38,239 nt of DNA, from contig CADCQC010000083.1 of assembly GCA_902803455.1 (NCBI GenBank), positions 1-38,239 on the forward strand. The letters are read 5' to 3'. Source of the stretch: an uncultured Prevotellaceae bacterium (GTDB lineage: Bacteria; Bacteroidota; Bacteroidia; Bacteroidales; Bacteroidaceae). The position numbers were made by a program, and so were the translations under genes. The number at the start of each line of letters is the position of its first letter. Position 1 is the first letter of the stretch. This document shows, one piece after another, positions 36,810 to 38,239 of the stretch. Under the pieces are notes generated by a model, which made no database searches, was not told the DNA's origin, and saw nothing but the letters and a program-made list of their open reading frames with translations.

Positions 36810-36953
36810 CTTTGTGCATGAAACCCGAAATCCTTCAATTGCAATAGACTAGAAAACCTATTTGTACACATTATCAGCACACTATATGGGGATGCGAGCA
36901 GCGATTTAACAATAATTAAACTTCCATATTGTCGTAAATATACAGATTAATTG

Positions 36954-36961
36954 TACTTTTG
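36954..36961 (+). promoter_or_regulatory. -7 box (TACTTTTG) for the His/Ser-rich gene
   Basis: TAnnTTTG-CA, with a TTG at 36929-36931. It implies a 5' leader of about 110 nt. Confidence 0.7.
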
Positions 36962-36992
36962 CACCCACAATTGACGACATATAAAATATTTA

Positions 36993-37041
36993 CTTCATCA
37001 TCCCTTGTCGTTTACACATACAGAGAGAGCGGCTGATGGAG
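36993..37041 (+). promoter_or_regulatory. Putative structured 5'-leader RNA element
   Basis: CTTCATCA (36993-37000) pairs with TGATGGAG (37034-37041), and GTCGTTT (37007-37013) pairs with GAGCGGC (37027-37033) using G-U pairs. There is a TCCCTT bulge and a 13-nt loop. Confidence 0.4.
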
Positions 37042-37078
37042 AAAAAAGGTTATTATTCACTTTAATCAAAGTATCAAC

Positions 37079-37348
37079 ATGAGTCTTCCAGACGAGCATC
37101 ACAGCAGCTCTTCCAGCAGCAGTAGCAGTAGCAGTCACCATCATCATCACCATCACAGTTCCAGTGGTAGAAAGCATCATCATCATGGTGATGATTCTGA
37201 CCGTTTCAAGAGAAGAGGTCTTTCATCCATCAAACGCAGACGCATCATGGAGAAAGTCACATTCTGGACTCTTACCCTTATTGCTATCGGTGTTGTGGCC
37301 TATATGATTTATGTATATAAATACATGCCGGCCATTCATTACAAATAA
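37079..37348 (+). CDS. Small His/Ser-rich single-pass membrane protein (89 aa)
   Basis: Own promoter box, A-rich translation initiation region, poly-Ser/poly-His N-terminus, basic stretch (FKRRGLSSIKRRR), one C-terminal TM helix and a large downstream hairpin. Confidence 0.75.
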   Translation: MSLPDEHHSSSSSSSSSSSHHHHHHHSSSGRKHHHHGDDSDRFKRRGLSSIKRRRIMEKVTFWTLTLIAIGVVAYMIYVYKYMPAIHYK

Positions 37349-37390
37349 TGACAAGCAAATGCCTGTCAGCATTGATGTTGACAGATACAC

Positions 37391-37448
37391 ACATGACGTA
37401 TTGAAGGGGCTGTGCCGAATTTGGCGCAGCCCCTTCAATGCGTTATGT
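37391..37448 (+). terminator. 27-bp stem-loop between convergent genes (terminator or REP-like)
   Basis: ACATGACGTATTGAAGGGGCTGTGCCG-AATT-TGGCGCAGCCCCTTCAATGCGTTATGT: 23 Watson-Crick pairs plus 4 G-U pairs on the plus strand. Confidence 0.75.
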
Positions 37449-37452
37449 CCAT

Positions 37453-38238
37453 TCACTTGGTGATCCTGAACCAGTCGGCCTCCAACCATCCTCGGTCGGT
37501 ATTACCATCAGGCTCCACGCTCACCAGACCTATTTTAGCACCAATCCACTTGCCTTCACGCATGACGAACTCCTCGCCTGCCTCTCGATATTTCTTTCCA
37601 TCAAGACTATATGAGAAGCGGCATTTTCCGTCGGAAACCTTCATCCGCAAATATATGTCGAGATGTATGCCTGGTTTATAGTCAATCACATCCTCGGCTG
37701 AGGCTTTCAATGTGGCAAGATCTTTCACTGTCTCCGGTTTATTTTTATCTGCCGCCTTGCAAATCACCTGCTGGAGGATGAACTCCTTGCCCACCCTTTT
37801 GGCCATGAGCGCTGAATAATCGAGTCCCATCATGATAATGCCTGCAGACTGATTATCAGCCTTGCTGGTAATCCTCACCTTTGCCGTAGCAGTAAAACGG
37901 TCTGCTGGTGTCTTTTGTAAGAGCATATTGGGCACATCCCACATATTCACAGACTCTTTGGCGTGTTTGAAGTTGAACAACCTGAACGTGCCGAATGCCG
38001 TCGGCATGCCGAAAGTCTGCGCATAGTTGGCGTGCCACTGCCATTGCAGTCCCATCGTGGGAGAATTAAACTCATCACTTTCGACAGGATTAACCTTTTT
38101 CCATTCACCCCGTATTTTGGGTTTGCGGTAGGTGATCACGGGTTCTCCACAATAGTCATTGTCCTTGTCGATGCCCATCACCGGCCAATTGTCACGCCAA
38201 GTGACCGGCTGCAGATGCACCACGCGGCCATAGCACTC
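37453..38238 (-). CDS. Glycoside hydrolase family 43 (beta-xylosidase/arabinofuranosidase-like), C-terminal part; 5' end outside the window
   Basis: YGRVVHLQPVTWRDNWPVMG (end of the GH43 propeller), SDEFN...GLQWQW, NMLLQK, FSYSLDGKKY and WIGAKIGL (C-terminal beta-sandwich). Confidence 0.88.
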   Translation of the reverse strand, partial: ECYGRVVHLQPVTWRDNWPVMGIDKDNDYCGEPVITYRKPKIRGEWKKVNPVESDEFNSPTMGLQWQWHANYAQTFGMPTAFGTFRLFNFKHAKESVNMWDVPNMLLQKTPADRFTATAKVRITSKADNQSAGIIMMGLDYSALMAKRVGKEFILQQVICKAADKNKPETVKDLATLKASAEDVIDYKPGIHLDIYLRMKVSDGKCRFSYSLDGKKYREAGEEFVMREGKWIGAKIGLVSVEPDGNTDRGWLEADWFRITK

Positions 38239-38239
38239 C

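Noticed and set aside
36930-36979. Invertible (phase-variable) promoter suggested by inverted repeats around the -7 box
   Set aside because: The repeats are only 10 bp, imperfect and 30 nt apart, shorter than typical Bacteroidales invertible segments. They overlap the -33 position and no recombinase is nearby. Retained only as a possible operator.

Overview
Gene-dense chromosomal window from a Bacteroidales genome, most likely Prevotella-like. This rests on TAnnTTTG -7 promoter boxes, SprA and the gene set; taxonomy is an inference. Most genes are housekeeping or envelope: a partial acyl-CoA dehydrogenase, two tandem GT-C-like membrane glycosyltransferase paralogs, a minus-strand ruvA-sprA-(PH-like membrane protein)-dacB-(Imm33/DUF2185-like) run, ddh-porin-Na+:solute symporter, an RsiV/DUF3298-like protein, pepC, dxs-trkA-trkH-manA, an FAD/Fe-S D-lactate-dehydrogenase-like gene, a DUF4251 lipoprotein, hppA and a partial GH43. 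The best candidate for an undescribed system is 32028-34383: a compact ABC/AAA_21-type ATPase plus a DUF4435-type TOPRIM nuclease (PARIS AriA/AriB-like architecture), with a translationally coupled third gene that looks phage-derived. A second candidate is a stand-alone His/Ser-rich small membrane protein gene with its own promoter, a structured 5' leader and a 27-bp G-U-containing 3' hairpin. I saw no rRNA, tRNA, CRISPR array, integrase or transposase. All family assignments come from motif recognition by eye; no database search was run.
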